DNA of 64,000 nucleotides from a virus, in IMG/VR virus record IMGVR_UViG_3300022555_002641, positions 57,683 through 121,682 of that record. One strand, 5' to 3'. Under the pieces are notes generated by a model. That model saw only the letters and a program-made list of their open reading frames with translations, made no database searches and was not told the DNA's origin. This document shows, in pieces, positions 19,997 through 29,963 of this stretch (the stretch's first letter is position 1; every line of letters starts with the position of its first letter). The translations under genes and the position numbers were made by a program.

Positions 19997-20559
19997 ATGA
20001 GAAAAATCCTATTAAGCCTTATGCTGTTACTGACAACAACAGTATCATTTTCGCAAAAATTACCCGACTATGATCCATCTCACCGTTGGGTTACAGATTT
20101 GGGTGGATTGTTTACCCCAGAGCAGAACAATCAAATCTATCAGATGCTTGATCAATATGAAAAACAAACATCAATTGAAATTGCTGTTCTGACAGTATGT
20201 GATTTCGAAAGCAGCCCAGAAGATTTTTCTCAAAAAACTGCTGAAAAATGGGGTGTTGGAAAAAAAGGTGTCAACAATGGAATTTTTATTATGATTTCTA
20301 AATGCAAGGTTCCACATGTGTTTCGTGTTGATATTGGATACGGATTGGAGGGGTACCTTCCAGATGGATGGGTAAAATTACAGCAAGACTCTATAAAGAT
20401 TAAATATCTTCAAAAATCTCAATATTTTGAAGGTACCGTTGCGCTTATCAATAAATTCACAACAAAGATCGGAATCGCTAACATATGTGGGTTTAAAGAT
20501 AAAAACCATATTTTCAGGCACAGGCTGGTGCAGATAAAGCTCCGACAGTCAATTTTTAA
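19997..20559 (+). pseudogene. TPM-domain gene truncated and fused to a LemA C-terminal remnant
   Basis: TPM motifs (VTDLGGLF, EKWGVGKKG.NNG, RVDIGYGLEG.LPD), then IANICGFKDK and, after an A-run frameshift, PYFQAQAGADKAPTVNF* (LemA-like tail); the unshifted frame runs through the terminator. Confidence 0.65.
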
Positions 20560-20580
20560 TTTCATCATTTCGAATAAAAA

Positions 20581-20614
20581 ATGGGGAAAGCTTAGTCTTT
20601 CCCCATTTTTTTTT
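20581..20614 (+). terminator. Intrinsic terminator
   Basis: ATGGGGAAAG-cttagt-CTTTCCCCAT followed by a T-run. Confidence 0.85.
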
Positions 20615-20655
20615 ATTATAATAAAAACTGTATATTTGTCAAAAACTATAACCTT

Positions 20656-20853
20656 ATGAAAAATATATGGTTGATCATTTTTGATGAAGTTTACAATTTA
20701 ACAAATATTGCTATATTTTTTATAGTTTTTTTTGTTACTTGGATATTTTCAACATTTACTGGAGCTTGCAGTGCAACATTTGCAGTGCTAATTTTGGTTA
20801 TAATTGGAGCTTATGTGAAAGTTGTATTTAAAGAATATGAAGAAAATGAATAA
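20656..20853 (+). CDS. Small membrane protein
   Basis: Two TM helices; TATATTTG at 20631. Confidence 0.65.
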   Translation: MKNIWLIIFDEVYNLTNIAIFFIVFFVTWIFSTFTGACSATFAVLILVIIGAYVKVVFKEYEENE

Positions 20854-21175
20854 AGATGACATCTATAGGGTTGCCATATTTATGATTGTAAAGCCCCCAA
20901 AGGATGCGTGGACGACCGCACATGGGTATTCAGTTGGTGATGACATTAGACTACCATTTGATCATGCAGTGGAAAGCTTCAAAAATGGTAAACAAGTCAC
21001 AATGCAACTTGGGCAAGGAGATGGGTGTTGTTTTGAAGCTGATGAATTAGAACTTGTAGAAATTAGTTACTCAAGGAAGTGGGTTGCTAAACCATCTGAG
21101 GAAGAATTAGAAGAAATGCTTATTGCCCAAGGTAATATCCAACGCCTTAGAAAATTAAAGTTGAAAAAATTATGA
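20846..21175 (+). CDS. Hypothetical protein
   Basis: C-terminal tag RLRKLKLKKL. Confidence 0.7.
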   Translation: MNKDDIYRVAIFMIVKPPKDAWTTAHGYSVGDDIRLPFDHAVESFKNGKQVTMQLGQGDGCCFEADELELVEISYSRKWVAKPSEEELEEMLIAQGNIQRLRKLKLKKL

Positions 21176-21669
21176 CGGAAATCTTCCCGACACTTAGTAA
21201 ATTGCTTAAAGGATTAAGAAATCCAAAGAAGAAACATGAATTTGTCAATTATATTGCTGAAATGGATTATGACAATTTCAAACGTATATGGGTTACTTAT
21301 TCTGATATTCTTTTTAAGAAGCGAATAAAATATGCTAAAAGTAGAGTTCTAAGTAGAAATTGGTTTAAATACCATACGATTAAATATTATTATGCTGAAT
21401 TATTTTTATTATTCGATAAGGCTAATAAGCCTTATGTCACTCGTATTATGAATGAGCTTGACAAATTTACTACAAAGTTATTAAGTTTGATGAGTATCAT
21501 TTCTGAACGACAAGCAGCGTTGGAATATATTGGCAAAATTGATTTCACACTGAAAGAGAATTCCAGCAATAAAATTTTGATAATTTTGGTTCTAATGGAA
21601 AGTGTTTATTCCAGAGATGAACTTATTAAAGCAATGAATGATCTAAGAAAATATAGAAAATTTATATGA
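21172..21669 (+). CDS. Hypothetical protein
   Basis: ATGA-coupled ORF. Confidence 0.65.
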   Translation: MTEIFPTLSKLLKGLRNPKKKHEFVNYIAEMDYDNFKRIWVTYSDILFKKRIKYAKSRVLSRNWFKYHTIKYYYAELFLLFDKANKPYVTRIMNELDKFTTKLLSLMSIISERQAALEYIGKIDFTLKENSSNKILIILVLMESVYSRDELIKAMNDLRKYRKFI

Positions 21670-21950
21670 AACGTATTGAGTCAAATGAATTAAAATATTC
21701 AGATTTTTTAATTGGTCAAAAAATAGTTTGCACCAATCTGGAAGATGAGATTATTGATTATTGGGATCAGCATTTAACCATAGGCAAAACGTATATTGTT
21801 GATGATGTGGATTTTCACTTTCCAGAAAGTGTGGCAGTTAAAACTGATCACGCTGTGGTAATGTTCGTTAGGTGTAAATTCTTTAAAGAAAATCTAAAAG
21901 AAATCAGAAAAAGAAAACTTGCAAAAATTGCCAAAAAAAGTGAAAGGTGA
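21666..21950 (+). CDS. Hypothetical protein (LTIGKTY motif)
   Basis: C-terminal tag IRKRKLAKI. Confidence 0.7.
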   Translation: MKRIESNELKYSDFLIGQKIVCTNLEDEIIDYWDQHLTIGKTYIVDDVDFHFPESVAVKTDHAVVMFVRCKFFKENLKEIRKRKLAKIAKKSER

Positions 21951-22322
21951 AATAAAATATGAATACTGGGCAGTTGAATATTCATTGATTTATGAATTTA
22001 GTGAATTTTTAAAAAATGAATATACAGTGAATTACAACATGGTAGTGATCCATATGCATTTAGTATTGTAAGTGCTGTATCGCCTTATACAAAAATTCCA
22101 ATTGATTATTTTTATGTTATTTTAACATTCCAAGATAATGAAGATGGGACACAAATCTTGTCTGATGGGCATAATTTATTTAGTAAAGGAACATGCGGTA
22201 AGGTAAATACAAGAGTATCGTTTGATATTCAATTGAATCCATATTTTAAAAATAGAAATTGGAAAAAATATGACACCAAATTTTCAAGAAAATATAAACT
22301 AATAAGATTAAATAATATATAA
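21940..22322 (+). pseudogene. Frameshifted ORF (or sequencing indel) ending in the shared C-terminal tag
   Basis: GTG start 21940; the -1 frame from about 22020 is open to TAA 22320-22322 and ends SRKYKLIRLNNI. Confidence 0.5.
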
Positions 22323-22342
22323 AAGAAAAAAAACATATTACC

Positions 22343-23026
22343 ATGGAAACTATAATTATTGAAATTAGAGCATCCGAAGGTGGAAATGACTCTAAATTAT
22401 TAGTTAAGGATTTAGCAAGTATTTATACAAAATCTTGCCGCAACAATAACTTCAGCTATAAAGTTGAAGAAAGAGAAGGCTTTGCCTCCATATGAATAAC
22501 AGGAAATGAAGTAAAATCTTACTTCAAAAATGAAAGCGGCTCTCACTGCTTCGTCCGAATTCCCCCAACAGAAAAATATAATAGAACACAAACAAGCTTT
22601 ATAACGGTAGCTATTATGCGACCTGATATAAAGAAGGACATCATTTTGAATAGAAATGATGTCATAAAAAGTTATATAAAAAGTAGTAAAAAAGCGGGAG
22701 GACAGCATTTGAATAAGACTTCGTCATGTTGCCAATTAACTCATATTCCAACTGGAATCATGCTTAAAGTACAGGATACAAGGGATCAGCACAAAAATGA
22801 AACTATTGCGTGGGATAGGCTTACCGACAAACTTCAAGAAATTAATGATAAATTTCATGACTCTAATATAAATTCACATAGAAACGGTCAGATTGGAAAT
22901 GGTAGCCGTGGCGGAAATAAAAGACGAACTTATCGAATCAAAGATGATATCGTAGTTGATCATATAACTGGGAAAGAATGTAGATGGAAAGATATATTAA
23001 AAGGTAGATTAGAACTTCTTTTCTAA
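22343..23026 (+). CDS. RF1-like class I peptide chain release factor lacking domain 1, with in-frame UGA at codon 51
   Basis: METIIIEIRASEGG...FASI*ITG...ESGSHCFVRIPPTE...TSFITVA...AGGQHLNKT...RRTY; TGA at 22493-22495. Confidence 0.85.
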
Positions 23027-23049
23027 TATTTTTTGCTTATCTTTGAAGA

Positions 23050-23607
23050 ATGAAAGTAGTAGATGATATATTATTGAATTTAAAGTTTCCACCACAAATG
23101 GTGTTGGTAATATCTAATAATTCTAATGCTTTATTGAACACTCTTTGTGATTCTATTTATAAAAGTTATTCTGGACCAAAATGTATTATCGAGAATCAAA
23201 AAGGATTGCTTAGAAAAATTCATAAGATTCAAAATAAATTAGTTTATGTTAATGTTGATTTATCAAAAATTCAATTGAGTAGTTCACAGAACACAAATTC
23301 ATTATTGAGAGATTTTGATAACTTGAAAACATTTATTTGTGAATCGCATAATATTTTGGTATTAAAGTTAAGCCTTAGAAAATTTAACCCACCACCCAGA
23401 GACACAGTACCTCAGCGTGGTTGGAACTGGGATCGTGAATATGATAGATTTGTAAGAGCTATTATTCCATTTGAAAATAGTATTGATAGAATATATTATA
23501 TCGAAAAAGATGGAATTTATCTTAGTAGATATGGTGATACTCCAAAATATTCAATTGATCAGCTTGTTCGGTATAGTAAATTGAAAAAAATAAAGCGGAG
23601 TTTATAA
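23050..23607 (+). CDS. Hypothetical protein
   Basis: TATCTTTG box at 23038; C-terminal tag VRYSKLKKI. Confidence 0.7.
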   Translation: MKVVDDILLNLKFPPQMVLVISNNSNALLNTLCDSIYKSYSGPKCIIENQKGLLRKIHKIQNKLVYVNVDLSKIQLSSSQNTNSLLRDFDNLKTFICESHNILVLKLSLRKFNPPPRDTVPQRGWNWDREYDRFVRAIIPFENSIDRIYYIEKDGIYLSRYGDTPKYSIDQLVRYSKLKKIKRSL

Positions 23608-23668
23608 ATCAAATCGATTGCCGTTCATCGAGCCCATGTTTCTTTATATATAAAAACAAAAATATAAA

Positions 23669-23860
23669 ATGAAATATTTAATTCACATTTGCCTTATAAC
23701 TGGAGATATTATTAATATGGACGTTGAATACGATAAGGAATATGATTTACGTAAGGATGTAACAATAATGGGAAACAACGGGGTAACTAAAAAAGAAGAT
23801 AATAAATATGTGTTTTATCCAGCACATCAAATTATGAAAATTGTAGTTGATGAAGTTTAA
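23669..23860 (+). CDS. Hypothetical protein
   Basis: ORF with TATATATA upstream. Confidence 0.6.
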   Translation: MKYLIHICLITGDIINMDVEYDKEYDLRKDVTIMGNNGVTKKEDNKYVFYPAHQIMKIVVDEV

Positions 23861-23871
23861 ACCGTTAAAAA

Positions 23872-25233
23872 AAATCTACACAAATCTACACCTGTGTAAT
23901 TTTCTCTTCTTGTTTCAACCAATCGATATTGTGATTGTCCACAAGCGTAAATTCGGTAGAACGGCTACCTATTATTATTTTTAATCCTTCTTTCTTGATA
24001 TTAATGGCTGCATTTAAGTCCCTGTTATGATTTGTTTTACAATCAGGACAAATCCATTCTCTATCTGATAATGTTAATTCCGTGTTTTTATAACCACACA
24101 CATTACATAATTTACTCGAAGGAAACCATTTATCTACTTCAACAACATACCTACCATACCAATTAGCTTTGTAAATCAACATTGATTTAAAATGATTCAA
24201 TGATAATTCTTGAATTGACCTCGCTAATTTATGGTTTGACATCATATTCTTTACACTAAGGTTTTCCATCGATATAATTTGGTTTTCATTAATCAATTGG
24301 TTACTAACTTGATGTAAATAATTTTCTTTGATGTTGTTTAAATGTTCGTGATATTTAGCTAATTTTTTTCTACATTTATTTTTGTTTTTACTACCATTTG
24401 TTTTCTTTGATAACTGACGATTTAATTTTACTAATTTCTTTTCATTATTTCTTTTTATCTTTATGTTTTCAAATGTTTTACCGTCTGAACAGATAATGAA
24501 ATCTTTTATTCCAAGGTCAATACCAATCACTTCGTTGATAGGTTTTAATACTTGTTTTTCTAATTCACCATCAATCAAAACTGATAAAAAGTAATTACCC
24601 GATTTTGTCTTGGTTAAAGTTGCTGACTTAATACCAGATTTATATTTATTTAAATAAATTTTATATTCATCTGAACATCTGAATTTGACATTTTTTAGTG
24701 ATTTTGTCAAGGTCAGTTTACCAGTGGAATAATCATTGTTTGATGATATGGCTTCCTCTGGAAATCTACAGGATTGTTTGTTATCGTGTTTAGATTTAAA
24801 CTTAGGAAATCCACTACCATTAACAAAAAAGTTTTTGTATGATTCTAACATATTTAGAATTGATTGTTTGAGTACCTTTGTGTTATGTTCAGTTAAAAAA
24901 TGATAATCAGCATCCTTAGTTAATTCATTATGAAAGTAATGTCCTAAATGAGTTAATGTAAGATTCGATTTATCATTCAGGTAAGCTGTTTTCTTTTTAT
25001 CCAGACATTTATTGTAGACAAGTCTATAACAACCAAGTAATTGATTAATATAATCCTGTTGGATTGTTGTTGGATATAAACGAATTTTAACTGCTCTTAA
25101 CATATGTTTTTATAGTTTAGGGATAAAATATCCCTTTTCTATAAATACTATATATTAAAGTAAAAAACTCATTTTTTGATAATTTATTTTAACTTGTAGA
25201 TTTGTGTAGAATTGTGTAATTTTGTGTAGATTT
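23872..25233 (-). mobile_element. Non-autonomous TnpB-only insertion element with IS607-like subterminal repeats (exact ends uncertain)
   Basis: Four 10-bp GTGTAGATTT-like repeats at 25194-25233 and two inverted copies AAATCTACAC at 23872-23891 flank tnpB. Confidence 0.65.
23886..25103 (-). CDS. tnpB: TnpB RNA-guided endonuclease (IS200/IS605/IS607 OrfB)
   Basis: [13 protein letters not shown]-terminus; RuvC residues in GIDLG, MENL, RDLNAA; CxxC...CxxC Zn finger. Confidence 0.95.
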   Translation of the reverse strand: MLRAVKIRLYPTTIQQDYINQLLGCYRLVYNKCLDKKKTAYLNDKSNLTLTHLGHYFHNELTKDADYHFLTEHNTKVLKQSILNMLESYKNFFVNGSGFPKFKSKHDNKQSCRFPEEAISSNNDYSTGKLTLTKSLKNVKFRCSDEYKIYLNKYKSGIKSATLTKTKSGNYFLSVLIDGELEKQVLKPINEVIGIDLGIKDFIICSDGKTFENIKIKRNNEKKLVKLNRQLSKKTNGSKNKNKCRKKLAKYHEHLNNIKENYLHQVSNQLINENQIISMENLSVKNMMSNHKLARSIQELSLNHFKSMLIYKANWYGRYVVEVDKWFPSSKLCNVCGYKNTELTLSDREWICPDCKTNHNRDLNAAINIKKEGLKIIIGSRSTEFTLVDNHNIDWLKQEEKITQV

Positions 25234-25243
25234 TTGGTAGCAG

Positions 25244-25453
25244 TTACTTAACCCTAACTTCTAACTCATTCTTAATTTTTCTTATATTTAATTCATAATG
25301 GAACAGATGTTCGTTAACATAGAACTCCGTACTTTCTGGGTCCTTCGTTATTATATCTTCAATATCTTCTTTTAAGAATATGTATGATGATAATAAGTCC
25401 AATAGTTCATTTAATGTTTTTGATCGTAGTTCTTTATAGCAATACGTTTTCAT
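25244..25453 (-). CDS. Hypothetical protein
   Basis: ORF track. Confidence 0.6.
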   Translation of the reverse strand: MKTYCYKELRSKTLNELLDLLSSYIFLKEDIEDIITKDPESTEFYVNEHLFHYELNIRKIKNELEVRVK

Positions 25454-25455
25454 TT

Positions 25456-25887
25456 TTAGGTGATCTTTTCAAAATCTTTATTATCGCTGGTATAAAAAAT
25501 ATCATCGCATAAAAATTTTACAGTTATAGATTTTCCGTTAGCTGGGTAAGTAGCAATCGATGTATCAAAATCTATTAAGTTACTAATTTCAATGAATTTT
25601 AATGTCCTGAATATAACAAAGCCTAATATTTTATGATCCTTATCGTGAATTTTAACTCTAACTTCACCCGTTGTTTTATTGTTCTTTAATTTTAATAATA
25701 TTTCTAATGGTTCTATTTTCTTTTCAAATGCTAACAAATCAAATTCCATCACATCCTCATTGATTCGCACTAATGTTTCTCTACAGATGTCCTTCTCAGT
25801 TTTTGTCAATTCTTCAAAGTCAAATTCACATTCGAATAAATTTTTATTTATTGGCTGTGTTTTATCGTAGATGTTTTCCTTTTTCAT
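25456..25887 (-). CDS. Hypothetical protein
   Basis: AATATATA upstream at 25914-25921. Confidence 0.65.
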   Translation of the reverse strand: MKKENIYDKTQPINKNLFECEFDFEELTKTEKDICRETLVRINEDVMEFDLLAFEKKIEPLEILLKLKNNKTTGEVRVKIHDKDHKILGFVIFRTLKFIEISNLIDFDTSIATYPANGKSITVKFLCDDIFYTSDNKDFEKIT

Positions 25888-25986
25888 AATTAATTAATTG
25901 TTTTTAATTGAAATATATATTAAATGTGGTAGGTCAAAAAAAAAGCAGCCCCAATTGAGACTGCTTTCTTTTTGAAAAATAACTAT

Positions 25987-26214
25987 TTACATTTCATCGT
26001 CATCATCCGAAATCATTCTATCATCGTCAAAGGTATTATCTTCAACGTTATGAACTGTAACTTCGCTGATACTTATATCTTCACGAATTTGAAGATCATC
26101 ATTCTTTCTGATATCTTCTGCCAATTGATCTGCATATTCTGCAACTTCGTCAACTGTAACAGAGCGATCCGCCTTTACTGTAAATGTCATTGTAATTTCG
26201 AATTCTTTTTTCAT
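25987..26214 (-). CDS. Small acidic protein
   Basis: ORF followed by a hairpin at about 25937-25972. Confidence 0.65.
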   Translation of the reverse strand: MKKEFEITMTFTVKADRSVTVDEVAEYADQLAEDIRKNDDLQIREDISISEVTVHNVEDNTFDDDRMISDDDDEM

Positions 26215-26316
26215 AGGGATTTGGAGTTAATTTTTGGAGTTTTTTGATTATAAACAGAAAAAAGTATAAAGTTTAGTTTTTTATTGAATATTTTTTTATT
26301 ATCTTTGAATTAAATA

Positions 26317-26916
26317 TTGAAACCTATGACAAAGGATAAAAGAAAATTGTTAGTTGATATGTTCCTTGCGGAAAATGAAAAGGAAAAATTATTCAGGAAT
26401 ATGACTGATGGTGAGTATTTTATAAAGTACACAAATGAAAATTTCGACATTAGAAGAAACCTTTTTTATAATACGTTACACGCTGTAAAATATAAACCAA
26501 ACCATCATCGATATCCATCCAGTAATTTGGATATTGATCAGCAACGTCTTATTAAAAGGTTTTATTTTAAACCTATTGTACCTATAGCACTTATATTAAT
26601 CGTTGGACTTCTATATATAATATCTCAGCCAACTTCTGTTTTTGGCAAATTGCTTGGAGATTACATATTTATTTTGAAATCCTTCGTAGTACCTATGCTT
26701 ACTACATACTTTTTAATTTTTATATATGATCGAATTATCAATCGTAAAATATTTAAAAAGTTTAAAGATATAAAGAACGCTATGCTTGATAACGCACAAC
26801 ACATTGAAAATAGTAAAGACAATGAATTTGTTGACGAGTTAATCAATAATAATATAGCTTATTATCGGAAGCTTAAACTTGACAGATTAAATAAGAATGC
26901 TGGTTCCAGATGTTGA
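26317..26916 (+). CDS. Membrane protein
   Basis: Two TM helices; tag YYRKLKLDRL. Confidence 0.7.
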   Translation: MKPMTKDKRKLLVDMFLAENEKEKLFRNMTDGEYFIKYTNENFDIRRNLFYNTLHAVKYKPNHHRYPSSNLDIDQQRLIKRFYFKPIVPIALILIVGLLYIISQPTSVFGKLLGDYIFILKSFVVPMLTTYFLIFIYDRIINRKIFKKFKDIKNAMLDNAQHIENSKDNEFVDELINNNIAYYRKLKLDRLNKNAGSRC

Positions 26917-27184
26917 TAATTTACCTAAGAAGGTTATATGTGTAAAAGATGTAAAGAATTCTAAAGGTGAAGTTTTGGTTAAAAAAGGTAGTACTTTTAT
27001 ATGTGAATATGATGATGGTGGTGGCTATTGGAAACGTAACGGAGCAACAACCCCGACAATATTTGTAACACTTATAGGAATTCCTGAATTGAAGTTTGCC
27101 CATCATTGGCAATCAAATTGGACGGAGTTTGAAGATTTGGATGAAAATAGAAAACAAAAATTGGCACAATTACAAAAAAAATAA
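26897..27184 (+). CDS. Hypothetical protein
   Basis: Tag NRKQKLAQL. Confidence 0.7.
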   Translation: MLVPDVDNLPKKVICVKDVKNSKGEVLVKKGSTFICEYDDGGGYWKRNGATTPTIFVTLIGIPELKFAHHWQSNWTEFEDLDENRKQKLAQLQKK

Positions 27185-27238
27185 ACTTTTTAGTTAATAA
27201 TTAATATATTTATAAATCAAATCAAAACAATTAAGACA

Positions 27239-27577
27239 ATGAAAGACGCAAGTGAAATTTTAAATGCAAGTGATGTTAATACTTTTAAAAGTATTACCCA
27301 TGGTGACCAGACCGAACTTTTTGGAAAATTGAAAGAGATGAAATTCTTTGAATTGGCAGTTCCAGAAAGGGAGAATTTGATTAGCTTCCTTGGGGTCGCT
27401 GAACAGGACCTCGCTAAGGATTATCTTTTTCATGTTTTAGATAATGAGCTTCCCTATCCTGTTGATGACGAAAAGGCAAAGGTTTTATTTGCTGATGACA
27501 GAATCAAGACCTTGAAGGAGCAAATGATGATGGAACTTCAAGAAGATGATGAAGCTACCGAAACAACTGAAGCTTAA
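27239..27577 (+). CDS. Acidic hypothetical protein
   Basis: ORF followed by a terminator. Confidence 0.7.
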   Translation: MKDASEILNASDVNTFKSITHGDQTELFGKLKEMKFFELAVPERENLISFLGVAEQDLAKDYLFHVLDNELPYPVDDEKAKVLFADDRIKTLKEQMMMELQEDDEATETTEA

Positions 27578-27595
27578 TCAAACAAAAACTGTCAC

Positions 27596-27622
27596 AAAAA
27601 AAGCGGCATTTGCCGCTTTTTT
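27596..27622. terminator. Bidirectional terminator
   Basis: A-run GCGGC-attt-GCCGC T-run between convergent genes. Confidence 0.8.
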
Positions 27623-28026
27623 TATTTGATATCATTAATTCTTTTTTGAATAGTTATGTAGTCATCTGGAACATAAGGAATATAGCCTTCGTCTTCGAAT
27701 GAATCTGGTTCAAAATAATATGATCTAACACCCTTTCTCTTTTTTTCAAGTTTATGATATAAAATCTTTTGAACGATAAGTGCAAATGGGAATCTTAAAG
27801 AGAACGTATCTATAATATTTTCAGTATTTTCAATCTGTTCTGAAAATTTACAGGTATTTATTATTTTTAGAATTTTTTCAAGTGCATCACCAGCATTTTC
27901 GAAATCGATTGAAGTTAATTCATATTTTCTTGAAGATAATTTATCTGATATTTTATAAAGATAAAATCTTTTTTTCAACAATCTTATTTGAACTTTTATA
28001 AACCAAGTTAACTGTGTTTGCGTCAT
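27622..28026 (-). CDS. Hypothetical protein
   Basis: TAACTTTG box on the minus strand at 28052-28059. Confidence 0.65.
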   Translation of the reverse strand: MTQTQLTWFIKVQIRLLKKRFYLYKISDKLSSRKYELTSIDFENAGDALEKILKIINTCKFSEQIENTENIIDTFSLRFPFALIVQKILYHKLEKKRKGVRSYYFEPDSFEDEGYIPYVPDDYITIQKRINDIK

Positions 28027-28084
28027 ATTAAAGTTTTTTATTATTGGATGGCAAAGTTAATAAAAATATCCAATAAAAAAAATA

Positions 28085-28414
28085 TTACTTCTTCAATTTC
28101 TTAACAACACTATAAAAACGCCTTAAATTATTTTTACCATATTTATTTTTCTTACCTTCGGTATGTTCAAATTCATTTTGTATTAAGTCAAGAAACTTTT
28201 TAGAATAATTAAGATCAGATAATGTTGCCGAATAAAATTCAACTCCATCATCTACCATTATCTGCATTTCGTAGCCAGTAATATTAATTTCAACAACCTT
28301 CAATATAATATCGCATTTTATTGAAAAATATATTCCATCCCTTTCAAACACGTAATGTTTTTTGTTTTCAATTATATAGTTGTAGATATTTTCGAGTGCA
28401 TCGTTATCGGTCAT
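28085..28414 (-). CDS. Hypothetical protein
   Basis: ORF track. Confidence 0.6.
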   Translation of the reverse strand: MTDNDALENIYNYIIENKKHYVFERDGIYFSIKCDIILKVVEINITGYEMQIMVDDGVEFYSATLSDLNYSKKFLDLIQNEFEHTEGKKNKYGKNNLRRFYSVVKKLKK

Positions 28415-28490
28415 TTAATTGGGGTTATTTTATCTATATATTTTTTTTTATAATTTTTTTTCCTACCTTTGCATTCTAAAATATATTTTT

Positions 28491-29099
28491 ATGAAAATAC
28501 TTAGCAAGAATCAAATTGTAAGAACAATTTGGGATAAACGTTATCTTAAAGTTTTTAGTTTTTCAGTAGAAGATAAAGGAAAATTTTTTAGCCGTGAATA
28601 TGTACAGACTCACGATTCAGTTGCTGCTATTGTTCATAACACAGATGAAAACACGTTTGTTTTTGTTGAGCAGTTCAGGGTTGGTCTGGCTGGTAGAAAT
28701 TTTGAAATCAATGAAGATTTTAACTTGATTGAGCTTGTAGCTGGGCATATTGATGTTGTTGATGGTGTACTCGAATCCCCAGAAATTGCAATTAAAAGAG
28801 AAATTTATCAGGAAACTGGCTACGATGTTGATTCATTGGAGTTATTAATTCAGCCATATTATACTTCCCCAGGATTTTCAACCGAAACAATTGCTATTTA
28901 CTATGCTCGTGTATCAAATAAAAGTGGTAAAGGTGGCGGATGTGAATCTGAAAATGAAAACATAAAAGTTATAGAAATGCCAGAAGATGATGCGTATTCT
29001 TATAACTTCAAAGATGGAAAAACTATAATGGCATTGGATCGACTCATTTTAAGAAGTGTCAACCCATTTGCTGGTATGAACATGCGAGGACTAATATAA
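28491..29099 (+). CDS. Nudix hydrolase (ADP-ribose/NDP-sugar pyrophosphatase-like)
   Basis: VEQFR, ELVAG...E.....KREIYQETGY, YTSPG, E.E.I, DGKT. Confidence 0.9.
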   Translation: MKILSKNQIVRTIWDKRYLKVFSFSVEDKGKFFSREYVQTHDSVAAIVHNTDENTFVFVEQFRVGLAGRNFEINEDFNLIELVAGHIDVVDGVLESPEIAIKREIYQETGYDVDSLELLIQPYYTSPGFSTETIAIYYARVSNKSGKGGGCESENENIKVIEMPEDDAYSYNFKDGKTIMALDRLILRSVNPFAGMNMRGLI

Positions 29100-29713
29100 T
29101 GATAACAGCACAACAAATAATTGAAGCAACCAAGTTGCATCCTTACAAAATAAAAAATATTTATATGTTTGGATCACAAGTGTACGGGACCCAGAATGAG
29201 GACTCCGATTATGATTTTATTGTGCTTGGGTCAAGTTTGTTATCAAAACAAGAAATTCATGATGGCGATTTAAATATTCATATTCATACCCCAGATGTTT
29301 TCTTAGAGGGATTGAAGAATTATGAAATGAATTATTTGGAATGTGTTTATGCTCCAGACTTTGCAAAACTTCAAGAAAAAATTATTCTTCCTGATAAAAA
29401 CTTTTCGTTAAAAACGGATATGCTAAAATATAAAGGAATGGCTCAATCTTTCAATGCATTTCATAAAGCCAAAGAAAGAATCAATGACGGTGATGATTTG
29501 TGGCGTGGGGTTAAGAGTCTTTGGCACAGCATAAGAATATTGCAGTTCTTTATTCAGATCATAGAGCACAAAAAGATTGTTGATTTTTCATCTGCAAATG
29601 ATCTTTGGAAACAAATATTGGATGATTATGATAACGACATTTGTGACTGGGCATACTATAAAGAAAAGTATTTGCCAATAAAAATTAAATATGAGAAGCA
29701 ATTAAATGACTGA
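29099..29713 (+). CDS. Nucleotidyltransferase (Pol-beta superfamily)
   Basis: FGSQVYGT....SDYD motif. Confidence 0.8.
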   Translation: MITAQQIIEATKLHPYKIKNIYMFGSQVYGTQNEDSDYDFIVLGSSLLSKQEIHDGDLNIHIHTPDVFLEGLKNYEMNYLECVYAPDFAKLQEKIILPDKNFSLKTDMLKYKGMAQSFNAFHKAKERINDGDDLWRGVKSLWHSIRILQFFIQIIEHKKIVDFSSANDLWKQILDDYDNDICDWAYYKEKYLPIKIKYEKQLND

Positions 29714-29963
29714 CAAGGAAAAAGCCCATAAAATAAAAAAGATAGATCGGCAAATGAAATTGATTGCGCTTGAAGGAAAACTTGACCCTGAATCAAAAAG
29801 AAAATTCATTAATCGAGTAGGCAACATTATCTTTTATAATGAAGATTCAGAAGAAAGTGATGCTGAAATTCATGCAAGAATAAAAAGAGAAAATACCGCA
29901 GCTATGGGTAGCCAAATAACACCAGATATGTTTGTAAAAAGACCGTGGCATGGACTCTTCTAA
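29706..29963 (+). CDS. Hypothetical protein
   Basis: Coupled ORF. Confidence 0.6.
   Translation: MTDKEKAHKIKKIDRQMKLIALEGKLDPESKRKFINRVGNIIFYNEDSEESDAEIHARIKRENTAAMGSQITPDMFVKRPWHGLF

Noticed and set aside
20474-20490. GCTAAC as an integron attC half-site
   Set aside because: No matching GTTRRRY partner or hairpin; better explained as LemA-like coding remnant.
22001-22030. Programmed -1 frameshift at TTTTTAAAAAA
   Set aside because: Slippage there enters a TGA immediately; a simple indel or sequencing error is more likely, as with homopolymer shifts near 20501 and 63760.
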